Positions 49,894-58,581 of a stretch of 64,000 nucleotides of DNA are shown here, in pieces. The translations under genes were made by a program, and so were the position numbers. Every line of letters starts with the position of its first letter. Position 1 is the stretch's first letter. The stretch is from contig JAKAXB010000011.1 in the NCBI GenBank assembly GCA_021816765.1, positions 1,121 to 65,120 on the forward strand, given 5' to 3'. The notes under the pieces are model-generated. The model did not search any database, was not told where the DNA came from, and saw only the letters and a program-made list of their open reading frames with translations. The stretch comes from Natronospirales bacterium. Lineage in GTDB: Bacteria; Pseudomonadota; Gammaproteobacteria; Natronospirales; REEB76.

Positions 49894-49927
49894 ACTATAG
49901 CAAGCGTATGTTTCAGGAATATGACGT
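49894..49927 (-). promoter_or_regulatory. candidate Pho box plus -10 upstream of pstS
   Basis: Minus strand: ACGTCAT-ATTC-CTGAAAC, 10 nt, TATAGT. GTCATATTCCT matches, from memory, part of the E. coli pstS Pho-box region. Confidence 0.4.
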
Positions 49928-50085
49928 TCTCAAGCCGATAGTGCCGTCGATTGCTCCATTCAGGTCAATGGTTTATGCCTGCTCTGGCTAGGGTACGTCA
50001 GCGCGACGTATGGGGTCTTCATCACGTCTTCGTGGACCCTCAAATACCCGGGGCTCCTGGCCGCCGACAGACGGTCACCCCTCAG

Positions 50086-50110
50086 AGAAAAAGGCGGACC
50101 GGAGTCCGCC
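50086..50110 (-). terminator. rho-independent terminator after the porin gene
   Basis: Minus strand: GGCGGAC-TCCG-GTCCGCC followed by TTTTTCT. Confidence 0.8.
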
Positions 50111-50149
50111 TCAATGCCCATAGCGAGTAGATAAACCTCAGCGTAAAAC

Positions 50150-51463
50150 CTAAAAATCGTATTCGAGCATCACGCGGTTGAAATAGAAGGTGCCGAGATT
50201 GGGGGCGCCGTAGCTGCCGTTGAGACCGTGCACGATACCCAGACGGTTGCGTACCGAGAAGCCCTTGAGCGCACCCGAGAAGAACCAGGTGAGATCCAGG
50301 TCGGTCTCGTTGGTATTAGCGAAGTTGGGCTGGGTATTGTAGCGCGCGTAGCTGGTGATGAGCCGCAACTGCTTGCCCACGAAGAAAAACGTGCCGGCGA
50401 GCTTCCAGGCGTTGCCCACACCCTTCTCTACCAGACCCGCGGTCATGGAGGTGGTGTACAGGGGATCGGTGGCATAGCCCGCGGAATACGGCGAGACGAT
50501 GCCGCCGTTCTTGAAATCGCCGGTGCTGGTGGAAATCTTGTTGTAGGAAGCCACCAGACTGTCGCCGCTGAAGTTGATGCCGGCCATCACACCGTAGGTG
50601 CTGTTGTTGACACTCGATGCCAACAGGTTGTTGGCACTGTTGGATTCATGCAGGTACTGTGCGCCGATCACCGGGGTCACGCTGGAGCCGGTCTTGAACA
50701 CGTAGGAACCGTCCGCGTAAGCGGCACCCGTCAGGCCGTAGAACTTGTAGTACCACGCCTGGGCACTCGCACCCCCGTTCTTGTAGGTGAGGCCCGCGGT
50801 AGCCGTGCCGTCACTGGTCTGGGTACCGACGCTGGCATTGGGCGCACCGCCGTAGATATTGGCAAAGCCGTTGGCGTTATAAAGGTTGGTGGCGGAGAAG
50901 GCGCTCGAGGTACGGCTCTTCCAGCGAAATTCCCGCGCCACGATCAGGTCCACACTCTGGGTCAGGGTGAAATCCGCCAGCACGCCCTGATAGGTGGCCG
51001 GCACCATGCGCGAGTCGGAGGCTCCCATCCATGGGGTGTTCATCAGCTGGTTGCCGCCGCGCACCAGCACATTGTCGCCCTTCCACTGCACGAAAGCCTG
51101 GCCCAGAGTGTAGATCGGCTGGGTGCCGGCGAGTGTGGGCTCAAGATGCGAATAGTTGCCGGTCTCGTTGTTCAGACCGAAGAGATCCTGAGCGCTCCAG
51201 AAAGTACCACCCACGCTGAAACCGTTATCGAAGGTCGGCGTCAGATAGTTGAACATGCCGCCGAAAGAGTTGGCCTTGAGATTATTCGGCGCACCGGTGG
51301 CGGTGAAATTGCGGGTGAAATAATAATCCCGCAAGTAACCGTTCCAGGTGCCCTGTTTCAGGAAGTCCGTCATGGAATCGGCATGGGCCGCTGCGGCGAT
51401 CAGGAAAGTTGAGGCCGCCAGCGAGACGAGGATCCGCCTGAGATACGTGCGCTTCAGCAACAT
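50150..51463 (-). CDS. OprD-family outer-membrane porin
   Basis: Inner ATG of ORF 50150..51553 with a GGGAGA RBS. Signal peptide MLLKRTYLRRILVSLAASTFLIAAAAHA. WNGYLRDYYFTRNF resembles the OprD-family LRNYYFNRDF. C-terminal MLEYDF. Confidence 0.8.
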   Translation of the reverse strand: MLLKRTYLRRILVSLAASTFLIAAAAHADSMTDFLKQGTWNGYLRDYYFTRNFTATGAPNNLKANSFGGMFNYLTPTFDNGFSVGGTFWSAQDLFGLNNETGNYSHLEPTLAGTQPIYTLGQAFVQWKGDNVLVRGGNQLMNTPWMGASDSRMVPATYQGVLADFTLTQSVDLIVAREFRWKSRTSSAFSATNLYNANGFANIYGGAPNASVGTQTSDGTATAGLTYKNGGASAQAWYYKFYGLTGAAYADGSYVFKTGSSVTPVIGAQYLHESNSANNLLASSVNNSTYGVMAGINFSGDSLVASYNKISTSTGDFKNGGIVSPYSAGYATDPLYTTSMTAGLVEKGVGNAWKLAGTFFFVGKQLRLITSYARYNTQPNFANTNETDLDLTWFFSGALKGFSVRNRLGIVHGLNGSYGAPNLGTFYFNRVMLEYDF

Positions 51464-51594
51464 GTTTAGTGATCTCCCAATTGATGATGAAACAAAATCA
51501 GATGGCAAACCCGATTTTCCCGACCTGTCAGGTTTCCCCAAGAGACCGAACATCCCTCGTTCTTCAAGGCCGGAGGAGGCTCTGCCCCGATGGC

Positions 51595-51622
51595 TGCACA
51601 GACTAGAGACAGGATGTGACAG
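51595..51622 (-). promoter_or_regulatory. candidate Pho box (three phased CTGT heptads) upstream of the porin gene
   Basis: Minus strand: CTGTCAC-ATC-CTGTCTC-TAGT-CTGTGCA, with 10- and 11-bp phasing. The PhoB consensus is CTGTCAT-N4-CTGTCAT. Lies about 130 nt before the porin ATG. Confidence 0.5.
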
Positions 51623-51796
51623 TCCGATGACCGTTCGGTTGAATTTTGGTTACACGAGCGTTTCGTGAATGGGGAAACCGTGCTGTATCGAGGGGTGCCC
51701 AATCGGGGCGTCGGCGTAACTGGAGACGATCGCCGTGCCGCCACACATGGGCGCGATGGACACTCTGTGGCAACTTCGTCAATTGTTTGATTTTCA

Positions 51797-51872
51797 TGGT
51801 GCCGGCGGAGAGAATCGAACTCCCGACCCACTGATTACAAATCAGTTGCTCTACCAACTGAGCTACGCCGGC
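51797..51872 (-). tRNA. tRNA-Thr (anticodon TGT)
   Basis: Revcomp: GCCGGCGTAGCTCAGTTGGTAGAGCAACTGATTTGTAATCAGTGGGTCGGGAGTTCGATTCTCTCCGCCGGCACCA. Confidence 0.93.
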
Positions 51873-51949
51873 TCACTGAACTAACCCTGCCTCTGCCATC
51901 CCTGGCGAAACAGCGGTGTTGTCCCTTGACGGAAAATACGGGGATTCTA

Positions 51950-52702
51950 TCAGGGTCGGGTTCCCGGGTCAGGGGCGGCGGGCAGTGCAGCGCCGCAGGT
52001 GGCGGCAGTCCGCCCAATGCGGACGTCACCTTCGCCGAGACCGGAGAATACGCTGGCGGCCGGCAACGCCCTTTCCGCCCCACGCACATCCAGCCAGTAA
52101 CGCGGCGCATCGCGGAAACGCCCGGCCAGCAGCGGATGGTAGCCCAACCGGCGGATCTTCCTCAGGCGATCCAGCGCGCCGCTGCGCACCGTAAATACCC
52201 CCAGGGAAATGGCGTTGCGGTTGGCTGCATCAGTGACGACATACAGATCCTTTACGCCGCGTCTCCTGAGGAGCCCCGCCGCTTCCTCGGCTTGGCGCTG
52301 CGAAACAAACGGCGGCAGGTAAACCCAATATCCCAGGCGTACCTTGCCGGGCACCAGCCGTTCCGTGATGCTGACGCCCGGTTTACGCAGACGCGTCGCA
52401 CCGGTCTGCAGGGCCTCGATGCTGGGAAACGGACCGTAGCTGACGCAAATCTCGGGGCTTGCCGCAGCAGCGGCGCTCGGGTTAGGGATGCGGACCGGCG
52501 TGATCGGCGCGGGTACGGCGTCGGCGGATTTCGCGAGTGCCTGCCGCTCCGCCGGCGTCAGTTCGGCGAGCAGCTTGAGCGGTTGCACATGCGGCAGGGG
52601 TGTGGATTGCTGTGACATTTGCGCCGGCGGACCCAGCCATTCATACCAGATGAAGACCAGCACGTTGGCAAGCAGCAGCACCAGAAAAAGTATCCGCCTC
52701 AT
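51950..52702 (-). CDS. SPOR domain-containing protein
   Basis: MRRILFLVLLLANVLVFIWYEW (N-terminal TM), then SPOR-like YWVYLPPFVSQRQAEEAAGLLRRRGVKDLYVV...ISLGVF. ATG at 52702 overlaps the coaX stop (ATGA). Confidence 0.8.
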   Translation of the reverse strand: MRRILFLVLLLANVLVFIWYEWLGPPAQMSQQSTPLPHVQPLKLLAELTPAERQALAKSADAVPAPITPVRIPNPSAAAAASPEICVSYGPFPSIEALQTGATRLRKPGVSITERLVPGKVRLGYWVYLPPFVSQRQAEEAAGLLRRRGVKDLYVVTDAANRNAISLGVFTVRSGALDRLRKIRRLGYHPLLAGRFRDAPRYWLDVRGAERALPAASVFSGLGEGDVRIGRTAATCGAALPAAPDPGTRP

Positions 52703-53439
52703 GATCGCTGCTCTGCCCACACCGCGAGACCCTCCAGTACCAGATGAGGCGCCAATATATAGTGCCCATGCAACACCGATTGTAAATAGCCGGCATCGCC
52801 ACCGGTCAGCAGCACGCCGGTTTGTGCACCGTGCTGCGCGCGGATGTCCGCCACCGCCCGTTCTATCAGCCCCGCCGCCGCGTAGGCGATGCCGCTGGTT
52901 ACCGCGGTGCGTGTGTCCTCCCCGTAGAGTGCGACCTGCCCACCTTTCTCATTGGCGATCGCCGCGGTGGCGCCGGCAAGCGCCGCATGCATGGCGCCGA
53001 TACCGGGGGCGATCAGCCCGCCCGGATAATGCCCCGCTTGTGTGACTGTGTCCACGGTAATCGCCGTGCCGCAGCCGATGGCGCACACCGGACCGCCGCA
53101 GCGATGATAAGCGCCGATGACGGCCGCCCAGCGATCCGCACCGAGTTGCGCCGGGTTACGGTAGCCGTTGGTAATACCGCAGGCTTGCGCAGCCGGGATC
53201 ACGTACTCGGGCAGCAGTTTGAAATGCGTCTGACAATAGCGATTAAGTGTTTCAGCAACTGCGGCACCGGCCACGTTCGCCGCCACGATACGCTCGGGCG
53301 GCGGCATGCCGCGCCATGACTCCGTCAGCACCTCCGCCAGCGATCTGTCGGCATGCACCGCGGCGGCGTGAGTGGAAATCCTCCGCTGCTGGTATCGGCC
53401 CCACTTGATACGGGTATTGCCCACGTCCAGCAGCAGCAT
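52699..53439 (-). CDS. coaX: type III pantothenate kinase
   Basis: MLLLDVGNTRIKWG...GTAITVD... ATG at 53439 overlaps the birA stop. Confidence 0.92.
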   Translation of the reverse strand: MLLLDVGNTRIKWGRYQQRRISTHAAAVHADRSLAEVLTESWRGMPPPERIVAANVAGAAVAETLNRYCQTHFKLLPEYVIPAAQACGITNGYRNPAQLGADRWAAVIGAYHRCGGPVCAIGCGTAITVDTVTQAGHYPGGLIAPGIGAMHAALAGATAAIANEKGGQVALYGEDTRTAVTSGIAYAAAGLIERAVADIRAQHGAQTGVLLTGGDAGYLQSVLHGHYILAPHLVLEGLAVWAEQRS

Positions 53440-54422
53440 CACGGCCGCATCCTCAGACTGATGTCACCGGATACAAACCGATGCGTGCCGCTTTCGGTGT
53501 GCAGCAACAGCGCGCCGTCCTGGTCCACACCGAGCGCCGTGCCACGGATGATCTGCTGCTGGTGTTCGAGGTTCACTACACGGCCGGCGGTGCAATCCAA
53601 TGCACGCCATTCAGCGGCGAAGGCGGCGAATCCCTGTACGGCGAACAATTGCAGTGCGGTCATCAGTTCCTCGACCAGCGCCGCCGCCAATCGGTTGCGG
53701 TCCGGTAATGCATCATGCGTGAGCTTGACCCAATCCGTCCACGGCTGATTGATGCGCGCGGCGGCGGCGTCAGGCATGCACACGTTGATGCCGATACCGA
53801 TGACGGTGCGCACCCGTCCACAGGGTTCGCCCTGCATGTCCACCAGAACGCCGCCGAGCTTTCGATCGGCTGCCATCAGATCATTGGGCCATTTGATGGC
53901 GATGCCGTCGAGGTGCAGACGATGCAGTGCGCGCACAGCGCTGATGGAGGCTACCATGCCGAGCGCCGTAAACCCGGGCGGCAGATCATCGAACTGCCAG
54001 CCGAGGGATAGATACAGGTTGGCGGCGAACGGCGAAATCCATTGCCGGCCACGGCGACCGCGGCCCGAGGTCTGCAACTCGGCAAGACACACGGCGGGAA
54101 AATCGCCCGGCTGCGACATGAGCCAGGTGTTGGTGGAACCCACCGTATCCAGTACTGTCAGGGAGCACAGGCGCTCACGGCACGCCGGTGCAAGCAGCGC
54201 GCGCAGGCGCATGTCATCCAGGAGTTCAATGGGCCGGGCCAGCCGATAACCGCGACCGGGCACCGAAACCACTTCGAGACCCAGGGTCGTGAGTTGCCGC
54301 ACATGCTTCCACACCGCGGCGCGGGTTATATCCAAGCGCCGTGCCAATTGTTCACCCGATTGAAGCTGGCCGTCGGCCAGCGCGCGGAGGATGGCATGGG
54401 TGCTGTGTGACAACCCTGGCAT
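53439..54422 (-). CDS. birA: bifunctional biotin-[acetyl-CoA-carboxylase] ligase / biotin operon repressor
   Basis: N-terminal HTH (ILRALADGQLQSGEQLARRLDITRAAVWKHVRQL) and ligase core GRGRRGRQW. Confidence 0.93.
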   Translation of the reverse strand: MPGLSHSTHAILRALADGQLQSGEQLARRLDITRAAVWKHVRQLTTLGLEVVSVPGRGYRLARPIELLDDMRLRALLAPACRERLCSLTVLDTVGSTNTWLMSQPGDFPAVCLAELQTSGRGRRGRQWISPFAANLYLSLGWQFDDLPPGFTALGMVASISAVRALHRLHLDGIAIKWPNDLMAADRKLGGVLVDMQGEPCGRVRTVIGIGINVCMPDAAAARINQPWTDWVKLTHDALPDRNRLAAALVEELMTALQLFAVQGFAAFAAEWRALDCTAGRVVNLEHQQQIIRGTALGVDQDGALLLHTESGTHRFVSGDISLRMRP

Positions 54423-54448
54423 ACGGGATCAGGCCCGGGGTTTCTATA

Positions 54449-55081
54449 CTAAGACCGGCGGCGCAGCAGCATGGCGCGCTTGATTTGATGCTCGCTGCCG
54501 GCCATGAGGCGGCGGATATTGCTGCGATGGGTATAGACGATGAACAGCGCCATCGCTAGGCCGAACCAGAAAAGCGGGGCGTTGCCCCCCCCTGCGATCC
54601 ATGCATACACCGGCACCGACCAGGCCGCAAGGATGCTGGACAGCCCCACGTAACCGGTGAAGATGAGCACCAGCGTCCACAGCAGCAGTGCCGGGATGAG
54701 CGCCCAGGGAGCGAGCATCAGCAACACCCCGAGGAAGGTGGCCACACCCTTGCCGCCGCGAAACCGGAAGAACACCGGGAACACATGCCCGACGATCGCC
54801 GCGGCACCGCAAAGGGCGGCGGTCCAGCCTGCATCCACCGGAGCGTGGAACAGGGGCAGATGCGGCAGCACGCCGGCGGCGACCACACCCTTGCCCACGT
54901 CTATAATCATCACCCACAGCGCGAACAACTTGCCTTGGGTACGCAGCGCATTGGTGCTGCCGGCGTTGCCGCTGCCGAGCTTGCGGATGTCTACGCCGCC
55001 ATACAGGTGGCCTACAATCAGGCTGCCGATGAGGGAACCCAGCAAATAGGCAAGAATGATGCGGATAATCAGCGCCAGCAT
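54449..55081 (-). CDS. plsY: glycerol-3-phosphate acyltransferase PlsY
   Basis: LLGSLIGSLIVGHLYGGVDIRKLGSGNAGSTNALRTQG. Confidence 0.93.
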   Translation of the reverse strand: MLALIIRIILAYLLGSLIGSLIVGHLYGGVDIRKLGSGNAGSTNALRTQGKLFALWVMIIDVGKGVVAAGVLPHLPLFHAPVDAGWTAALCGAAAIVGHVFPVFFRFRGGKGVATFLGVLLMLAPWALIPALLLWTLVLIFTGYVGLSSILAAWSVPVYAWIAGGGNAPLFWFGLAMALFIVYTHRSNIRRLMAGSEHQIKRAMLLRRRS

Positions 55082-55203
55082 GATCCTTAGGCGTCTCCCT
55101 GCGTATGGGCCTTCATTCTAGCAGGGACAGCTGGTCCGCCGGTGCTTGCAGGCCGGCGGCGGGTGTTCAACAATCTGCCGCCCAGCATGAAAACAAATCC
55201 TAC

Positions 55204-55656
55204 ATGAGCATGGACCCGGACCGCATAACGGATGAAATCCTCCTGGCCCTGCGGCGCATCATGCGCGGTATGGATATCTCGAGCCGTCAGCTCATCAGCG
55301 AACACGGCCTTACCACGCCCCAGCTCATCTGCCTGCAGCATCTGCAGGAACAGGGTCCCATGACCACGGGCATGCTCGCACAGACGGTGTCCCTGAGCCC
55401 GGCCACGGTCACCGGTATTCTCGACCGTCTGGAACTGCGCGGCCTGGTCACCCGCGAACGCCGTCCGGAAGACAAGCGCCGCGTGCTGGTCGCCGTCACG
55501 CCCGCTGGTGCCGCCGCCGCAGAAGCAACGCCCTCGCGCCTGGCAAAACGCTTCACCCAGGCTCTGGCACGACTGCCCGAGGACGACCGCGCGGAAGTTC
55601 ATCGCGTGATTCTGTATCTTGCGGATCTGGCTGATATGCGCAATGGCGAAAAATAA
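55204..55656 (+). CDS. MarR family transcriptional regulator
   Basis: Inner ATG of ORF 55105..55656. LTTPQLICLQHLQEQGPMTTGMLAQTVSLSPATVTGILDRLELRGLVTRERRPEDKRRVLV is a winged-helix MarR signature. Confidence 0.88.
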   Translation: MSMDPDRITDEILLALRRIMRGMDISSRQLISEHGLTTPQLICLQHLQEQGPMTTGMLAQTVSLSPATVTGILDRLELRGLVTRERRPEDKRRVLVAVTPAGAAAAEATPSRLAKRFTQALARLPEDDRAEVHRVILYLADLADMRNGEK

Positions 55657-55744
55657 ACCGGTGGGACACTGCACCCACGCCAGCCTTTGCCGGCCGCTGC
55701 ATTACATGCAAACGGATATATAAACCTGAGGCGCCCGGACCCGT

Positions 55745-56626
55745 ATGCTCATACCTCTTATCATCAACCCCGCCGCCGGCCGGGGGACGGGATGTACATT
55801 GGGTGACGCTATCCACGAGTATCTGCGCGAACTCGGCATTTCCGCACACCCGTCCTACAGCGGTGCACCCGGCGATATCACTGCACAAGTACGCCAGGCA
55901 GTCACCACCCGCGCGCATGCGGTTATCGTCGTTGGCGGCGACGGCACGGTACACGAAGCGGTGAACGGTTGGATGCAGGCGGGCGGCGGTACGCCGCTGG
56001 CCATCATACCGGTGGGTACCGGCAACGACTTCATGAAAATGCTCAGTGATGATTCCGCCTGGCGGGAAGCCTGTCGGCGCATCGCGCGCGGCAGCACGCG
56101 CCAGGTGGACCTGGGCCGCTGCAATGATTTCTATTTTGCCAACAGCTTGGGCGTGGGTTTCGACGCTCAGGTGGCCAGCGAAGCCAACCGCATGCAATGG
56201 CTGCGCGGCAGCCTGGTATACGGCGTAGCGCTCGCCAAAACACTGCTTTTCAACCACCGCACCCCCAACGTCCGCATACAGCATGCCGCAGGACGGTTGG
56301 ATACCTCCATCACCTTGATTGCGGTCAACAACGGACGTGTCGAGGGTGGCGCCTTCCGGCTGGCGCCGGATGCGGAGATCAACGACGGTGTTTTCGACGT
56401 GGTCATCGCACGCGGCATGAGCCGCCTGGGAATCCTCGCCCTGGTACCACGCGTGCTGCGTGGCACTCATCTCGATCATCGGGCCGTGACAATGTTCAAG
56501 ACCGGGAAACTTACGATTGAATCCGAAACGGGATTGCCGGTGCATGCGGACGGTGAAATCCGCTACAGCGACGCGAAACGCCTCGACATCGAAATACTGC
56601 CCGCCAGGCTGACGGTCATCGCCTGA
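55745..56626 (+). CDS. diacylglycerol kinase catalytic-domain lipid kinase (YegS/BmrU family)
   Basis: LIINPAAGRG...VVGGDGTVHEAVNG...IIPVGTGNDF. Confidence 0.88.
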   Translation: MLIPLIINPAAGRGTGCTLGDAIHEYLRELGISAHPSYSGAPGDITAQVRQAVTTRAHAVIVVGGDGTVHEAVNGWMQAGGGTPLAIIPVGTGNDFMKMLSDDSAWREACRRIARGSTRQVDLGRCNDFYFANSLGVGFDAQVASEANRMQWLRGSLVYGVALAKTLLFNHRTPNVRIQHAAGRLDTSITLIAVNNGRVEGGAFRLAPDAEINDGVFDVVIARGMSRLGILALVPRVLRGTHLDHRAVTMFKTGKLTIESETGLPVHADGEIRYSDAKRLDIEILPARLTVIA

Positions 56627-57476
56627 CACCGCGGCGTACCGAGCCGAGATAGATCGCCAACAGCGCCACCACCGCGCCGACGATCTCAATCGTGGTAAAG
56701 CGGCGTCCGAAAAACAACACATCCCATACGAATGCGCACACCGGCTGCAGCAGCAGCACCAGGCCCACCTGCGAGGCGCGTACCTTGGAAATGCCGGCAG
56801 AAATCAGCACCCAGCCGAGCACCTGACCGCACACGCCGTAGGCGATGAGCCAGCCCCAATCCCGCCAATTGGGGATCACAAATGAGGTGTGTTCCGGCAG
56901 CATGGCGAGCGCCAGAAGCACCGCTGCCACCAGCGACACCATCGTAATGGTGACAAAGGACGAACCGGTGCTTTCAGCAATGCGCACCCGGCGCAGCATG
57001 AGAATATAGCCGGCATAGCAGCAGGCCGTGAGCAGGCCGAGAAACACGCCACGTCGGTAGGCAGGCGAGAACGCGGACCAGTCGGTACCCACCAGCAGCA
57101 CCAGGCCCAGAATAGCGAGCGGAATGGATGCCATCTGAAACCAGGTCAGGTGTTCACGAAATATCAGCATCGCCACCGCGGCCAGCACGAATACCTGGAA
57201 GTTGGCCAGCAGCGTAGCCACGCCGGGACCCACATACAGAATGCTGCGGTGCCAGAAGCTCAAGTCCAGCGCAAAAAACACCGCTGCCAAACACAGCATC
57301 CCGATGGCCGTGGGTTTCAATCGTACCCGTTCGCGTCGCCATAGCACGATGCCGAGCAGGACAAGGCCGCCGAACAGCATGCGATAGAACGCGCTCGTGG
57401 CAGGTGGTACGCTCACCAGCTTCACGAACACCGCCGAAAAACTGATCATCACCGCACCGGCGATCAGCTGCCACAT
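56616..57476 (-). CDS. EamA/DMT family transporter
   Basis: About 10 TM segments. ATG at 57476 (MWQLIAGAVMISFSAVFVKL) lies 5 nt after GGAG. Longer starts at 57503 or 57524 are possible. Confidence 0.85.
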   Translation of the reverse strand: MWQLIAGAVMISFSAVFVKLVSVPPATSAFYRMLFGGLVLLGIVLWRRERVRLKPTAIGMLCLAAVFFALDLSFWHRSILYVGPGVATLLANFQVFVLAAVAMLIFREHLTWFQMASIPLAILGLVLLVGTDWSAFSPAYRRGVFLGLLTACCYAGYILMLRRVRIAESTGSSFVTITMVSLVAAVLLALAMLPEHTSFVIPNWRDWGWLIAYGVCGQVLGWVLISAGISKVRASQVGLVLLLQPVCAFVWDVLFFGRRFTTIEIVGAVVALLAIYLGSVRRGVRR

Positions 57477-57592
57477 ACACACTCCGGCCTGCTCGCGCCC
57501 CATGGGGCTGTTGGCTGCCGGCACATACCGCCGGCGGGACGTGCCAGCTTATCATCGCCCCAGCCGGCCTGGCGGGTCCGCTGCCGGGCCTA

Positions 57593-57621
57593 TTGACATT
57601 ATTTAGATATTTGTCTAAATA
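57593..57621 (+). promoter_or_regulatory. sigma-70 promoter with embedded inverted-repeat operator for the ArsR/SdpR-like gene
   Basis: TTGACA(57593-98)-N17-TAAATA(57616-21). The inverted repeat ATTTAGA(57601-07)-N6-TCTAAAT(57614-20) occupies the spacer and -10. Confidence 0.6.
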
Positions 57622-57631
57622 TACAAATAGT

Positions 57632-57913
57632 ATGAAGCAGCAAGCTATATTCAGGGCGCTGGCCGACCCCAGCCGGCGCCGCATTCTCAAGCTGTTGCAG
57701 AAAGGTTCCATGACGGCAGGCGAGCTTGCACATGCCTTTGACTTCACCCAAGCTTCACTTTCGCATCATTTCGCGGTGCTCAAGGCCGCCGACCTGGTAT
57801 GCACGCAGCGGCGCGGCCAAAACATTGTGTATTCGCTCAATAGTACCGTGTTCGAGGATATATCGCGGCTGGTGATGAATCTATTTGCTGTTCAGGAGGG
57901 AAGAGAAAAATGA
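57632..57913 (+). CDS. ArsR/SmtB family transcriptional regulator (SdpR-like autorepressor)
   Basis: MKQQAIFRALADPSRRRILKLLQKGSMTAGELAHAFDFTQASLSHHFAVLKAADLV. Confidence 0.88.
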   Translation: MKQQAIFRALADPSRRRILKLLQKGSMTAGELAHAFDFTQASLSHHFAVLKAADLVCTQRRGQNIVYSLNSTVFEDISRLVMNLFAVQEGREK

Positions 57914-58581
57914 GCTTCAAAACCACGACTTTGCTCGGGCTGCTGCTGGTGGTGGCGGCTTTCGTGTTCACCGCGTGGCTGTATCCGCAACTTCCCAACC
58001 CCATGCCGAGTCATTGGGATACGGCCGGCCATGTGAACGGTTATCTGCCAAAATTCTGGGGTGCGTTCCTGTTGCCGATCATTATGGCGGGTACCTGGAT
58101 TCTGTTGAGTGTGCTGCCGCGCATAGCGCCCAGGGGCTATCGGCTGGACAGTTTCATGGGTGCCTACGGCATCATCTGTCTCACCATCCTGGCGCTATTG
58201 TTCGGCATCGCGACGTTCGTGTTGCTTGCCGCCAAAGGTGAGCGCGTACCGATGCAGCACATCGTTCCCGTCCTGATGGGCCTGCTCTTGGTAATCGTCG
58301 GAAACTATTTCGGCAAGCTGCGCAAGAACTTTTTCGCCGGCATCCGCACGCCGTGGACGCTGGCGAGCGATGAAGTGTGGACACGCACCCATCGCCTGGG
58401 TGGATGGCTGTTCGTGACGGGCGGTCTCGCGAGCGTCGCGGCGGGGCTGTTCGCACCGCCGGCGAGCGTGCCTTTTATCCTTATCGCGGTGATCGGCGTG
58501 CTGGTCATCGTGCCATACGCAGGTTCGTATTTCATCTACCGGCGCATCGAAGGCTTCGATGACGGGAAACACCCCGATTAG
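57910..58581 (+). CDS. DUF1648 / SdpI-family membrane protein
   Basis: ATGA overlap with the ArsR gene. PSHWDTAGHVNGY (DUF1648-like) and NYFGKLRKNFFAGIRTPWTLASDEVWTRTHR (SdpI-like). Confidence 0.8.
   Translation: MSFKTTTLLGLLLVVAAFVFTAWLYPQLPNPMPSHWDTAGHVNGYLPKFWGAFLLPIIMAGTWILLSVLPRIAPRGYRLDSFMGAYGIICLTILALLFGIATFVLLAAKGERVPMQHIVPVLMGLLLVIVGNYFGKLRKNFFAGIRTPWTLASDEVWTRTHRLGGWLFVTGGLASVAAGLFAPPASVPFILIAVIGVLVIVPYAGSYFIYRRIEGFDDGKHPD

Noticed and set aside
51921-51952. Plus-strand TTGACG-N16-TATCAG promoter-like sequence near the SPOR gene stop.
   Set aside because: It would fire antisense into the SPOR coding region with no downstream plus-strand gene. A chance match is more likely.
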